DNA of 64,000 nt, from IMG/VR virus record IMGVR_UViG_3300037010_000217. One strand, written 5' to 3'. This DNA is from an uncultured virus (IMG/VR IMGVR_UViG_3300037010_000217). Its lineage: Duplodnaviria > Heunggongvirae > Uroviricota > Caudoviricetes. Each line of letters opens with the position of its first letter. Within the stretch, counting starts at the first letter, position 1. Made by a program: the position numbers and the translations under genes. This document shows, piece after piece, positions 1-9,155 of the stretch. A model generated the notes under the pieces. It was not told where the DNA came from, did not search any database, and saw only the letters and a list, made by a program, of their open reading frames with translations.

Positions 1-297
1 GTAGGTACTACTGAAATGGTTGTCATGGATCCATTACCGCCTTTACGTGTTAACGAATGTTACTATCTAACCATATATGATAAATCTGGATTCCAGGAAT
101 CAAATTGGGAAGTGGTAAGAGTTACTTATGTAAGTATATCTGGTAAAGATTTGATTGTTGAACGCGGTGTTGAAGGGATGTCTCAGAAAGAGTATCAGAA
201 AGGAGATCGTGTCGAAATGCGATTAACAGCAGGTGCTATGAATGAGTTATACTGTAGAACACGTAAGCTGAAAGCAGCGCAATTCCTAGATTTGTAA
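1..297 (+). CDS. Tail-associated protein, probably 5'-truncated by the window edge
   Basis: Frame is open from base 1 to the ATG at 16; 'LIVERGVEG...GDRVEMRLTAG' resembles segments of phage tail proteins. Confidence 0.5.
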   Translation, partial: VGTTEMVVMDPLPPLRVNECYYLTIYDKSGFQESNWEVVRVTYVSISGKDLIVERGVEGMSQKEYQKGDRVEMRLTAGAMNELYCRTRKLKAAQFLDL

Positions 298-308
298 GGA
301 GAATATAA

Positions 309-776
309 ATGTCTAGTTTATCACTAGCGATTCAAGCGGTTAAGGATAAGATTTCCTTATCAGCAGGGACAGCCACTCCCGAAGAATTGGCATATTTAGG
401 TACGGCACTGGATAGAATCGGTGGACGTGCTACAGTATATGAAGTAGTAGAGATGGGTGATATTAAAAAGGCAGAGCTTGCAGACTTGGCAGCTACGCTA
501 TTCGCATCAATTGAAACTGATACTACCCAAGAACTCGCAACATTTGTTGCAGCAGTAGATGCTAAGATCGCTGCTATGACAACATCAGCTAATACTTTAG
601 TAGATACCTCTATTAAGAATATTACTGATGCTAAAAATGCAATGGACAGTCATACCTCAGATACTTTAAATGCTACTAAAGCAGCATCTGATGCTCTAGC
701 ATCCGTTAGTGCAGCCGCAATGCAACAATCAATAAATGGTTCATTGTATAACCTTTATTATTTTTCTATGGTCTAA
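309..776 (+). CDS. Ala-rich helical putative tail fibre-associated protein
   Basis: AAGGAG RBS; position in the tail block. Confidence 0.5.
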   Translation: MSSLSLAIQAVKDKISLSAGTATPEELAYLGTALDRIGGRATVYEVVEMGDIKKAELADLAATLFASIETDTTQELATFVAAVDAKIAAMTTSANTLVDTSIKNITDAKNAMDSHTSDTLNATKAASDALASVSAAAMQQSINGSLYNLYYFSMV

Positions 777-785
777 GGAGGTCAT

Positions 786-1571
786 ATGGCAATTTTAGGT
801 AAAGTAACACCTACACAGACATCGTATACTTTAGTATATGCTGTACCTACTGGTAAAAGTACAGTTGCAACAGTTGCAACAACAAATGCAAACTCATCAA
901 CTAATATAATATCTGTAGCTATTTCAAAAAGTAATGACTTAGGTGTTAGTGGCATTACTGTTAGTGCAGGTGGTACTGGTTTAACAGCTATTCCTACATT
1001 AGCTATTACAGGTGACGGTACAGGTGCTACTGCAGTAGTTTCTACTGTTACGGTTACTACTGCTACTATAGGTAATGGTGGTACAGGTTACATGGTAGGT
1101 GATAAACTTACTTTAGTAGGTGGTACAGGTACAGCAGCTATTTTTACCGTTACAGGTGTTGATAGCAATGGCGCGGTAACCTCTGTAGATATTACTGCTG
1201 GTGGTAGTTATTCTGCAGTTATTTCAGGTACTACGGCTGCTGTAACTGGTGGTAATGGTACAGGTTTAGTGTTCACAGTATCTACTATTAAGTACGGGAT
1301 TAAATCAGTAACAGTAACTGCTGCTGGTAATGACTATTCTTCAGCTCCTACTGTCACAGCTTCTGCTGGTACAGGTATCGTACTACAAGCACAAATGGTT
1401 CGTGCTGCTATCGACGATAAGGACGCTCTTGAGTGGAATATCAGTCTACCTCCTTCAGGTGTATTAGAACGTACTGGTTTAACATTAGGAGCAGGTGATG
1501 CTATATTTGTTAAGTCTTCTATACAAAATAGTCTGAACGCTTTTGTGTTTGGCGTAGAAGCAATCGCATAA
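786..1571 (+). CDS. Putative tail fibre/structural protein with Gly/Thr-rich beta repeats
   Basis: AGGAGG RBS; repeated 'GGTGY...G.GTGA' units typical of phage tail proteins. Confidence 0.6.
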   Translation: MAILGKVTPTQTSYTLVYAVPTGKSTVATVATTNANSSTNIISVAISKSNDLGVSGITVSAGGTGLTAIPTLAITGDGTGATAVVSTVTVTTATIGNGGTGYMVGDKLTLVGGTGTAAIFTVTGVDSNGAVTSVDITAGGSYSAVISGTTAAVTGGNGTGLVFTVSTIKYGIKSVTVTAAGNDYSSAPTVTASAGTGIVLQAQMVRAAIDDKDALEWNISLPPSGVLERTGLTLGAGDAIFVKSSIQNSLNAFVFGVEAIA

Positions 1572-1584
1572 GGAGTATATATAA

Positions 1585-2988
1585 ATGGGAAGATTTTTAA
1601 CATCTGCGTCTAGCTCAGCTAGTGCTACTGACCTGAACCCTAGTTTACAAGTAGGTACTCCTAAGCAGTTAGAGGCAGGTAAGCCTCGTGCTTGTTATGC
1701 AATGCTGTCATACAACACAGCGACTACTTGGTATGGTGCTACGTTCTATGACAGATTCTTTCAGCCTGTAGTAGCGAATACGTATGATTATAGTAATAAT
1801 TCGGCTATCGCTGGTAACAACTTCTTTGTTTCAGATAGTACAAACCAGTATGGAGCACAGGTTTTCAGTAGTGTTGGTGCCACTCAAACTGTACCTGGTA
1901 GCGTAGGCACAAGCAATTTCATGAATGCTACTAATGCGTCTGGTGAGTTAGGTAACTCGATGGTGGATGTATTCTCTAATAGTACCTTAGCAACTACTTT
2001 GTCTCGTTCATCTAGTTGGAACATTAAACATTACACTAACTCATATGCCATAAATAGTAACCACAAAGATAGAGGTACTGTTTATGTAATGGTTGGTAAT
2101 GTGTTCCGTGCTATCTCTCGTATTGATGGAGACTATTCATACAACCGTCGAGGCACGTCTCATTACACTATTAGTGGTGTAAACACTAGTATGTGGGGTT
2201 CTGCTTCATATAATAAAACTCGTAATGAACTAGTTATCCTTAGCTATGTAGGCTCTAGTGGTGCTTTTAAGCTAATCACTTATAAAGGTATCGACTTTGA
2301 TACGTATCCTTCACCACACCTAGCATTTACAGCGACAGGTGTTACTCGTACAGAGATTTCTAGTTTTACACTAGGTGCTAACTGGAATACTAATGATAGT
2401 GAGAGTTACTATAATATTAAGCCTGTATTGACTGATGACGGTACGATCTTTACTACAGTGATGTTTACGAGTAGTGCATTTAGTATTTACAAAACAGTAC
2501 GTTCATCTGATGCGACAACAATTACCAGTAGCGCATATCAGACTGCTTATAGCTTGACTACATCTTATGGTAAAGGAACTGATATATACTACGGACAACG
2601 AACGATTGGCTCTCGTGATGGTAATGCTGTTATTGCCTTCTGTCCGTATTACTATTATGGTTCTGGTGTCTATTCTTACGTAATTGATCGTACTAATAAT
2701 ACATACTATCAACCTACATTCATGAATAGTGGTAATAGTAGTATCGGCTTTGCCACAGTCCCTTATGGTGATGATGGTTTTGCTACGTTCTACTGCGGAA
2801 ATGGTTACGCAGGTAACTACACTGGTAACTACATCACAGGTATTTGTAACCGTAATGGTATGGGTGTATTTGAGCAGTCAGGTACAAACATCTATATGCC
2901 ATATCATACAGGTCCAAACACTACCAACTACCCAGGCTTTACCCAAGTAACTGACTATGCTATGTTAACCAATCAGACCGTGATCTAA
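1585..2988 (+). CDS. Putative receptor-binding/tail tip protein
   Basis: 467 aa, Ser/Thr/Tyr/Asn/Gly-rich beta-type composition; AGGAG RBS; tail block. Confidence 0.55.
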   Translation: MGRFLTSASSSASATDLNPSLQVGTPKQLEAGKPRACYAMLSYNTATTWYGATFYDRFFQPVVANTYDYSNNSAIAGNNFFVSDSTNQYGAQVFSSVGATQTVPGSVGTSNFMNATNASGELGNSMVDVFSNSTLATTLSRSSSWNIKHYTNSYAINSNHKDRGTVYVMVGNVFRAISRIDGDYSYNRRGTSHYTISGVNTSMWGSASYNKTRNELVILSYVGSSGAFKLITYKGIDFDTYPSPHLAFTATGVTRTEISSFTLGANWNTNDSESYYNIKPVLTDDGTIFTTVMFTSSAFSIYKTVRSSDATTITSSAYQTAYSLTTSYGKGTDIYYGQRTIGSRDGNAVIAFCPYYYYGSGVYSYVIDRTNNTYYQPTFMNSGNSSIGFATVPYGDDGFATFYCGNGYAGNYTGNYITGICNRNGMGVFEQSGTNIYMPYHTGPNTTNYPGFTQVTDYAMLTNQTVI

Positions 2989-2998
2989 GGAGGTCAGT

Positions 2999-3466
2999 AT
3001 GTATGTTGTAATTTCAAATAATGCTGTAAACATTACAGATAGTTTAGATGGTTTAATGGATGGTACAGAGCACACTGTATTAGAATTGAAGGAGGGGGAT
3101 TCAACCCTCGCCCTTCGTTATGCTCTAGTTGATGGTAAGATCATTGACCAGTTTGAAGGTAAAACTGATGAACAGGTATTAGCACAGATTCTGGCAGACG
3201 CTGAAGCTGCTCAGGCAGAAGTAGTTGCTGCTCCAGTACCTAAAGCGCCTATTACTAAGTTAGCTTTCATGGATCGTTTCACTATGAATGAATTAGCAGG
3301 TATCTATACTGCAGCTAAAACTGAAGTGATGATCGAAGTGTTCTTGGATAAGTTAAAGCTATCAACAGAAATTGATTTATCAGATGCTAACACTATTGCA
3401 GGTGTTAATGCTCTTGCTACGGCAGGTTTGTTAACTACTGATCGTGCTAAGGAAATCTTAGCATGA
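2999..3466 (+). CDS. Tail fibre assembly-like protein
   Basis: C-terminal 'ITKLAFMDRFT..E...I.TAAK...LLT.DRAKEILA' pattern common downstream of fibre genes. Confidence 0.55.
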   Translation: MYVVISNNAVNITDSLDGLMDGTEHTVLELKEGDSTLALRYALVDGKIIDQFEGKTDEQVLAQILADAEAAQAEVVAAPVPKAPITKLAFMDRFTMNELAGIYTAAKTEVMIEVFLDKLKLSTEIDLSDANTIAGVNALATAGLLTTDRAKEILA

Positions 3467-3759
3467 TGAGACGATTACTGTTATTAGTTGTTATGCTTCT
3501 GGCAGTAATCACATTCGTATTATGGACACTAAAATACCTTTGGTATTTAGTGTTCGATACGAATGTGTCTTGGAAGCTGGCGGTATCTCTTGATCAGCTT
3601 GCCAATACTGTATTAAATGGGAACGAGGATGAGACAATTTCATCACGGTCTGGTAGACATAGTCAACAGGATGAGAATCGAGAATGTTGGGCTGTATGGT
3701 TATGCTGGTTACTTAATAAATTAGATCCAGATCACTGTAATAAAAATATAGGTGTGTAA
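3463..3759 (+). CDS. Conserved phage membrane protein
   Basis: N-terminal TM segment; 'LDQLANTVLNGNEDETISSR...C.LLNKLDPDHC' motif. Confidence 0.6.
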   Translation: MMRRLLLLVVMLLAVITFVLWTLKYLWYLVFDTNVSWKLAVSLDQLANTVLNGNEDETISSRSGRHSQQDENRECWAVWLCWLLNKLDPDHCNKNIGV

Positions 3760-4043
3760 TGGCAGAAGAATCGCTAGATAGGCACATAACTGATGTGAAC
3801 TACTTGAAATTAAAAGGTGAGATTGATCTATTAAAGCAAAGCCTAGATAGTCGTATTAATGGGCTTTCTGAAAAACATGGCGATCTACGTGGTGATGTCG
3901 ATGCTTTAACTAAGGCAGTCCAAGGATTAGCTGAAACTGTTAGCAGTGCAGTTAAGTACATTTTAGGTGGTGCTGCTGTTATTAGTTTCTTGATGTCTGG
4001 ATATGGCGTTAAAGTGTTAACTGTCCTTGGGGGCGGTGCTTAA
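3759..4043 (+). CDS. Coiled-coil protein with C-terminal TM helix (holin/XhlA-like)
   Basis: Heptad pattern followed by a hydrophobic C-terminus; TAATG coupling. Confidence 0.45.
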   Translation: MAEESLDRHITDVNYLKLKGEIDLLKQSLDSRINGLSEKHGDLRGDVDALTKAVQGLAETVSSAVKYILGGAAVISFLMSGYGVKVLTVLGGGA

Positions 4044-4531
4044 TGTCACAAATAGATAAACAAGTGTTTTACTTTCAGTGGTTTAACCGTATCTTTTTAG
4101 TAGTACTAGCATTGATAGTTGTAGTTCTAACCTATTGGACTCTTGAACCTGATCCATTAGAAGTTGATTACGTTGATAATGAGCTTAAATGGTCTAAGTG
4201 TAATAATCGAGAGTTTAGTTTTAAGCGTTATGTTAGGTCTGAAAAAGACTTAACAATCGTTGTACAAGAGCGTTGGCATGATATCGATGGTATGATGGAT
4301 TACAAAGGTACGGAAGGTGAATATGTCTATGGCAACCGTGTTACTTACACACTTGGCAGTGGATTTAATAAAGTAATGACGTTCAATAAAAAAGTACCTA
4401 AAGATGTTACTATAGGTAGGTATGAGTATCGTCCTTGGGCTACTTATAAGATTAACCCTATTAAGACGATTACACGCCTATTACCAGTACAAAATGTGGT
4501 AGTAATGTGTGATACAGTTGAGGTGAAATAA
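4043..4531 (+). CDS. Membrane-anchored protein of unknown function
   Basis: One N-terminal TM helix followed by a soluble domain with two Cys. Confidence 0.5.
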   Translation: MSQIDKQVFYFQWFNRIFLVVLALIVVVLTYWTLEPDPLEVDYVDNELKWSKCNNREFSFKRYVRSEKDLTIVVQERWHDIDGMMDYKGTEGEYVYGNRVTYTLGSGFNKVMTFNKKVPKDVTIGRYEYRPWATYKINPIKTITRLLPVQNVVVMCDTVEVK

Positions 4532-4532
4532 A

Positions 4533-5183
4533 ATGTTATTTGTTATGCATTTAGCTGCAATTACAGCAGTATTCTGGGGTTCATTATTTCACACAGAAGA
4601 AGTAGATGCAGCCGATTTTCAACGTACAACCCTATCTTATCTGGCAGGGGATGGTTATGTCACAGGTGAGCATCAACGAAATATTATCAGCTTCGATACC
4701 ATCAAGTCAGGTAGTACAGGACTGTTATACGCAAATGTTGATTCACAGAGCTTCAATGGACCAAAAGCGTATAATGTTAGCCGTATTGTCGGGCATCTTG
4801 GTACAGGACTACATCTTGCAGGACAGATCCAAAATACACAAGGATATAGCAATACCAACATTGGTATGGGTTATGACTGGTTTACTTCTAGTGGTTTTGT
4901 TGGCGCAGATGCTTATTATCGTACAGATAGCTTAATGGGCGATGGTGTTTATGTATTTGGTTTTACTAAAATTAATCTAAGTGATAATTTCACTTTTGAT
5001 GGATTTATTGATGTATCTGCCCCTAATAAAGGTCAAGCACAATGGTTAGCACAACCTTCTATTATGTATCATTTTAATAAGGATCTCAGTGCTGGTATTG
5101 AACAGCAATTGTATCTTAATAAAGGGTATGTTAAAGGGCTTGATGAGTCAGTGCCTCAGATTAAATTAACTTATGGATGGTAA
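4533..5183 (+). CDS. Outer-membrane beta-barrel, Tsx/OmpK (DUF5020)-like
   Basis: Signal-like N-terminus, amphipathic beta strands, 'FDGFIDV', 'QPSIMYHF..LSAGIEQQLY.NK', C-terminal aromatic residue (KLTYGW). Confidence 0.6.
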   Translation: MLFVMHLAAITAVFWGSLFHTEEVDAADFQRTTLSYLAGDGYVTGEHQRNIISFDTIKSGSTGLLYANVDSQSFNGPKAYNVSRIVGHLGTGLHLAGQIQNTQGYSNTNIGMGYDWFTSSGFVGADAYYRTDSLMGDGVYVFGFTKINLSDNFTFDGFIDVSAPNKGQAQWLAQPSIMYHFNKDLSAGIEQQLYLNKGYVKGLDESVPQIKLTYGW

Positions 5184-5186
5184 ATC

Positions 5187-5477
5187 ATGAAATTTGATAA
5201 ACGACTGTTTTGGTTATTTGTTCCAGCTATTGTTTTTCTTTATGCTGTTAATGCTAGCTTATTATTGGAATTCGTTAGTGTTCTTTCACTAGGTATGTTA
5301 GTTGCAGGATTAACGCATGTTATCCGCAAAATCTTACTTCCTTATATTGATATGGGCGATGTGGCAGAACAAGCTAAACTTTCAGCTACAGGTAGTGGAT
5401 TAGTCTTTTTAGGTGCATCTATAATGGTTGCTGCCTTTGCAGTAATGATTAGTATGCTGATGACAACAGGGCATTAA
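5187..5477 (+). CDS. Putative holin (about 3 TM helices)
   Basis: Hydrophobic 96-aa protein immediately upstream of the endolysin. Confidence 0.6.
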   Translation: MKFDKRLFWLFVPAIVFLYAVNASLLLEFVSVLSLGMLVAGLTHVIRKILLPYIDMGDVAEQAKLSATGSGLVFLGASIMVAAFAVMISMLMTTGH

Positions 5478-5478
5478 T

Positions 5479-6096
5479 ATGGATGCCTTACCTGCTAATG
5501 CTATAACCTATTTACCTGCTCTTAAACAAGAGCAGGTAGCATATTGGCAAGAACACTATAAGCCTAACCTATTAGCAGGACAGGTTGAGCAAGAAAGTTG
5601 TACATCACTTAAATCACCTAAATGTTGGTCACCTAATGCTGAGCTTAAGACTGATAGAGAATGGGGTGTAGGTTTAAGTCAGTTCACCAAGACACAATCC
5701 TTTGATGCTATTGAGGAAATTAAATCCAAGCATCCAGAGATTAATTGGGGTAACTGGTCATTCGATCATCCATATCAAGCTAATTACCAGCTACGTGGAT
5801 TGGTAGTCTACATGCGGGATTTAAGCAGCGAGATTAAGGGAGCAGCAACGCCAGAGGATAATTACCAAATGGCATTATCATCTTATAATGGTGGCATTGG
5901 TGGATTAAGAAAAGAGCGATTGAAGTGCAGCATGACACCCAACTGTAACCCCAATGTATGGTACGGTAATGTTGAATTAAGCAGTATTAAAAGTCATAAA
6001 CCATTCAAAGGTTATGGTCAAAGTCCTTATGATATTAATCGTGGTTATATTAAACTAATATATAGCCGCGCTATTAAATATGAAGGACGATACTAA
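5479..6096 (+). CDS. Endolysin, SLT-like lytic transglycosylase
   Basis: 'QVEQES' catalytic Glu, 'GVGLSQF', 'ALSSYNGGIG' motifs. Confidence 0.85.
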   Translation: MDALPANAITYLPALKQEQVAYWQEHYKPNLLAGQVEQESCTSLKSPKCWSPNAELKTDREWGVGLSQFTKTQSFDAIEEIKSKHPEINWGNWSFDHPYQANYQLRGLVVYMRDLSSEIKGAATPEDNYQMALSSYNGGIGGLRKERLKCSMTPNCNPNVWYGNVELSSIKSHKPFKGYGQSPYDINRGYIKLIYSRAIKYEGRY

Positions 6097-6572
6097 TGCA
6101 AGTCTACCTTATAATTGCATCAATTATAGCTGGTTTTATTACTGGTTGGAGCGTAAATGGTTGGCGACTCAACGCCGAAATTGCATCATTATATGCAGCT
6201 TGGAATGAAGCTTATAACAATCAAGTTAAAGTTACATTAGATAAAGAACATGAGCTTAGTCAATTGAATACACAGATAGAGGTAAATAATGCTAATCAAG
6301 CAAAAGCAATCGATGCTGTACATACTAAAAATATCAAGCTTGCTAATACTGTTAAACGGTTGCAGTACACAGCCAGTAGCAATAACAGCACCATGCCCAA
6401 AACCAGTAGTTCCTGCCAGTGTGCAAGCTCAACCGCCACAAGTGGACTTTCAGACGAGAGTATCAACCTTCTTACTGAACTGGCAAGGGAAGCTGATGAA
6501 GCAGCAAGATACGCAAATACCTGCCATGAATGGGCAGTAGGCGTTACACAAGAACTGGATAAACCTCATTAA
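6096..6572 (+). CDS. Rz: i-spanin (Rz-like)
   Basis: N-terminal TM 'GFITGWSVNGWRL' plus coiled coil, directly after the endolysin. Confidence 0.8.
   Translation: MQVYLIIASIIAGFITGWSVNGWRLNAEIASLYAAWNEAYNNQVKVTLDKEHELSQLNTQIEVNNANQAKAIDAVHTKNIKLANTVKRLQYTASSNNSTMPKTSSSCQCASSTATSGLSDESINLLTELAREADEAARYANTCHEWAVGVTQELDKPH
6313..6540 (+). CDS. Rz1: o-spanin lipoprotein embedded in the i-spanin in another frame
   Basis: ATG at 6313 gives MLYILKISSLLILLNG-C lipobox followed by a Pro-rich segment. Confidence 0.8.
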   Translation: MLYILKISSLLILLNGCSTQPVAITAPCPKPVVPASVQAQPPQVDFQTRVSTFLLNWQGKLMKQQDTQIPAMNGQ

Positions 6573-6646
6573 AATAAGTAATTCTATAAGAATTAGTGTA
6601 GAATACTGAGCATTAATTAGTAGATAAGAATATTTACAAAGGTAGT

Positions 6647-8767
6647 ATGATGAAAGATAAATTTCTCTCTGCAGCTGATGATAGCATTGATGCTGTTTCT
6701 ACAGAACAATTAGAGAATTCTGTTACAGAGACATTCGATGTTAAGTGGAAGAATCCCCCTAAGTTATCTAATTTAAAAGATGACTATACTGCAGCTTTAC
6801 CTACACACTCATCTCACATTACTAATGTAAATAATTGGTTAGATGTATTAGCAGGTACACCCAAAACCAAATTCGCTAAGAATAGATCTAGTGTACAACC
6901 TAAACTTGCACGTAAGCAAGCTGAATGGCGTTATTCAGCATTATCAGAACCTTTCCTTAGCTCTAGTAATATCTTTGATGCCCAACCTGTTACATGGGAA
7001 GATGTTAAGGCTGCAGAACAAAATACTCTAGTATTAAACCATCAGTTTAATAATAAGCTTAATAAAGTAAGATTCATTGATGAGTATGTTCGTACAGGTG
7101 TTGATGAAGGTACTATTATTGTTAAGGTAGGTTGGGAATACGAAGAAGCTGAGCAAATGGTAGAAGAACCTGTAATGGGTATGGTTCCTGTACAAGATCC
7201 AGCTCAAGCTCAACAAATGATTGCTCAAGGTATTCCACCATTCCAAGAAGCTCAAGTGGGTACTAAGTTAGTTAAGAAAATGGTTGCTGTAGAGAACCGC
7301 CCTACTGCTGAGATATGTGAATTTGAAAATGTAATCATTGATCCAACATGTAAAGGTGATATTACTAAAGCTAAGTTTATTATTCACTCTTATAACGTTT
7401 CTATGGACGTTCTAAAAGCTGATAAGAGATATAAGAACTTAGATAATATTCAATTTACTGGTGAAGATCCTAGTACTTATCCAGACTACAATGATAAAGA
7501 TGCTGGTAACTTATTTACGTTTAAAGATAAAACTCGTAAGAAAGTAGTAATGTATGAGTACTGGGGTTATTGGGATATTAATAATGATGGCTCATTAACA
7601 TCTATTCTAGTTTGCTATATTGGTAATACTATTGTACGTATGGAAGAGAATCCATATCCAGATAAGAAGTTACCCTTTGTAGTAGTTCAGTACATTCCTG
7701 TTCGTAAGTCTATTTATGGTGAACCTGATAGTGTATTACTAGAAGATAACCAAGCAGTTATTGGTGCAGTAACTAGAGGTATGATTGATCTAATGGGTAG
7801 ATCAGCTAATGCTCAACAGGGTATTAGAAAAGATGCTCTAGATGTAGTGAATAAACGTAAATTTGAACAAGGTGAAGATTACCAATTCAATCCTAATATT
7901 GCGAGTCCTGATCAAGCAGTATTCATGCACAGATACCCTGAGATTCCTCAATCAGCTATGATGATGATTCAGTATATGAATAACGAAGCTGAGTCTATTA
8001 CAGGCGTTAAAGCTTATAATACAGGTATTGGTGGTCAAGGTTTAGGCAATACAGCTACAGGCGTTAGAGGAGCTTTAGATGCAGCTTCTAAACGTGAACT
8101 AGGCATTCTTCGTAGATTAGCTGACGGTATTGTTCAAATAGGTCGTAAATTCATTTCAATGAATGCTGAATTTCTATCTGATACTGAAGTAGTTAGAATT
8201 ACAAATGATAACTTTGTACCAGTCAAGAGAGATGATTTAGCAGGTAATATTGACTTACGCTTGACAATTAGTACTGCAGAGACAGATAATGAAAAAGCAC
8301 AAGAATTAGCATTTATGTTACAGACATTAGGTAATAATGTACCTATGGATGTAACTATGATGATTATGGCTGATATTGCTAAGCTTCGTAAGATGCCAGA
8401 TTTGGCTAAGAAACTTGAAGATTATCAACCTCCTGCTCCAGATCCTATGCAGCAACAGATGCAGCAATTACAGCTACAGATGCTACAAGCACAGGTTATG
8501 AATGAACAGGCTAAAGGTCAAGAGAATCAAGTTGATGCTCAATTGAAATTAGCTAAAGCAGGTGTAGCACAGGCTCAGGCTCGTAAGATGAGTAGTGATG
8601 CAGATATGACTGACTTAGAGTTTGTTAGTAAGTCTACTGGTGTTGATCATCAACAGACTAAAGATTTAGCTGCACAAACACATCAACAAAATATTGATGA
8701 ACATGCAGCAAAAGCATTGCTCGAATTTCATAAAGAAAGGGCAATGCCTAAAGAAGACGCAGAATAA
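6647..8767 (+). CDS. Portal protein (N4 gp59-like)
   Basis: 706 aa; 'WKNPPKL..LK.D', 'RKQAEWRYSALSEPFL', 'TATGVRGALDAASKRE' motifs of N4-type portals. Confidence 0.92.
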   Translation: MMKDKFLSAADDSIDAVSTEQLENSVTETFDVKWKNPPKLSNLKDDYTAALPTHSSHITNVNNWLDVLAGTPKTKFAKNRSSVQPKLARKQAEWRYSALSEPFLSSSNIFDAQPVTWEDVKAAEQNTLVLNHQFNNKLNKVRFIDEYVRTGVDEGTIIVKVGWEYEEAEQMVEEPVMGMVPVQDPAQAQQMIAQGIPPFQEAQVGTKLVKKMVAVENRPTAEICEFENVIIDPTCKGDITKAKFIIHSYNVSMDVLKADKRYKNLDNIQFTGEDPSTYPDYNDKDAGNLFTFKDKTRKKVVMYEYWGYWDINNDGSLTSILVCYIGNTIVRMEENPYPDKKLPFVVVQYIPVRKSIYGEPDSVLLEDNQAVIGAVTRGMIDLMGRSANAQQGIRKDALDVVNKRKFEQGEDYQFNPNIASPDQAVFMHRYPEIPQSAMMMIQYMNNEAESITGVKAYNTGIGGQGLGNTATGVRGALDAASKRELGILRRLADGIVQIGRKFISMNAEFLSDTEVVRITNDNFVPVKRDDLAGNIDLRLTISTAETDNEKAQELAFMLQTLGNNVPMDVTMMIMADIAKLRKMPDLAKKLEDYQPPAPDPMQQQMQQLQLQMLQAQVMNEQAKGQENQVDAQLKLAKAGVAQAQARKMSSDADMTDLEFVSKSTGVDHQQTKDLAAQTHQQNIDEHAAKALLEFHKERAMPKEDAE

Positions 8768-8804
8768 TAGGGTAGGCGTACCCATAACTTAAAGGTAGAT
8801 AGAA

Positions 8805-9155
8805 ATGACTGAAGTAAACCAAGAAGCTCAACTAGCTGAAATTGAACTCTCTTTAGAGCAAGCGAAAGAAGTAGTAGCCGTAGGGTTAGCGTTACAACGA
8901 CTTTATACAAATCCAGATTTTTTAAAAGTAATTGCTGATGGTTACTTTAAGGATGAAGCATTACGTTTAGTTTACCTTAAAGGTGATAACGTATTAGATA
9001 CTGAAGCCTTAAAAGATGTAGACAATCAAATTATTGCTATTGGATTATTGAGAGCTTATTTCCGTAAAGTTATGGGTCAAGCTCAACAAGCTCAACAAGC
9101 TATTCAAGACATGCAAGATATGCAGCATGAAATTTTGAATGGTGAAGAGCAATGA
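8805..9155 (+). CDS. Conserved N4-like protein downstream of the portal
   Basis: 'ALQRLYTNPDFLKVI..GYF..EA.RLV' motif; synteny. Confidence 0.7.
   Translation: MTEVNQEAQLAEIELSLEQAKEVVAVGLALQRLYTNPDFLKVIADGYFKDEALRLVYLKGDNVLDTEALKDVDNQIIAIGLLRAYFRKVMGQAQQAQQAIQDMQDMQHEILNGEEQ

Noticed and set aside
786..2988. Diversity-generating retroelement acting on tail genes
   Set aside because: No reverse transcriptase and no template/variable repeat pair seen
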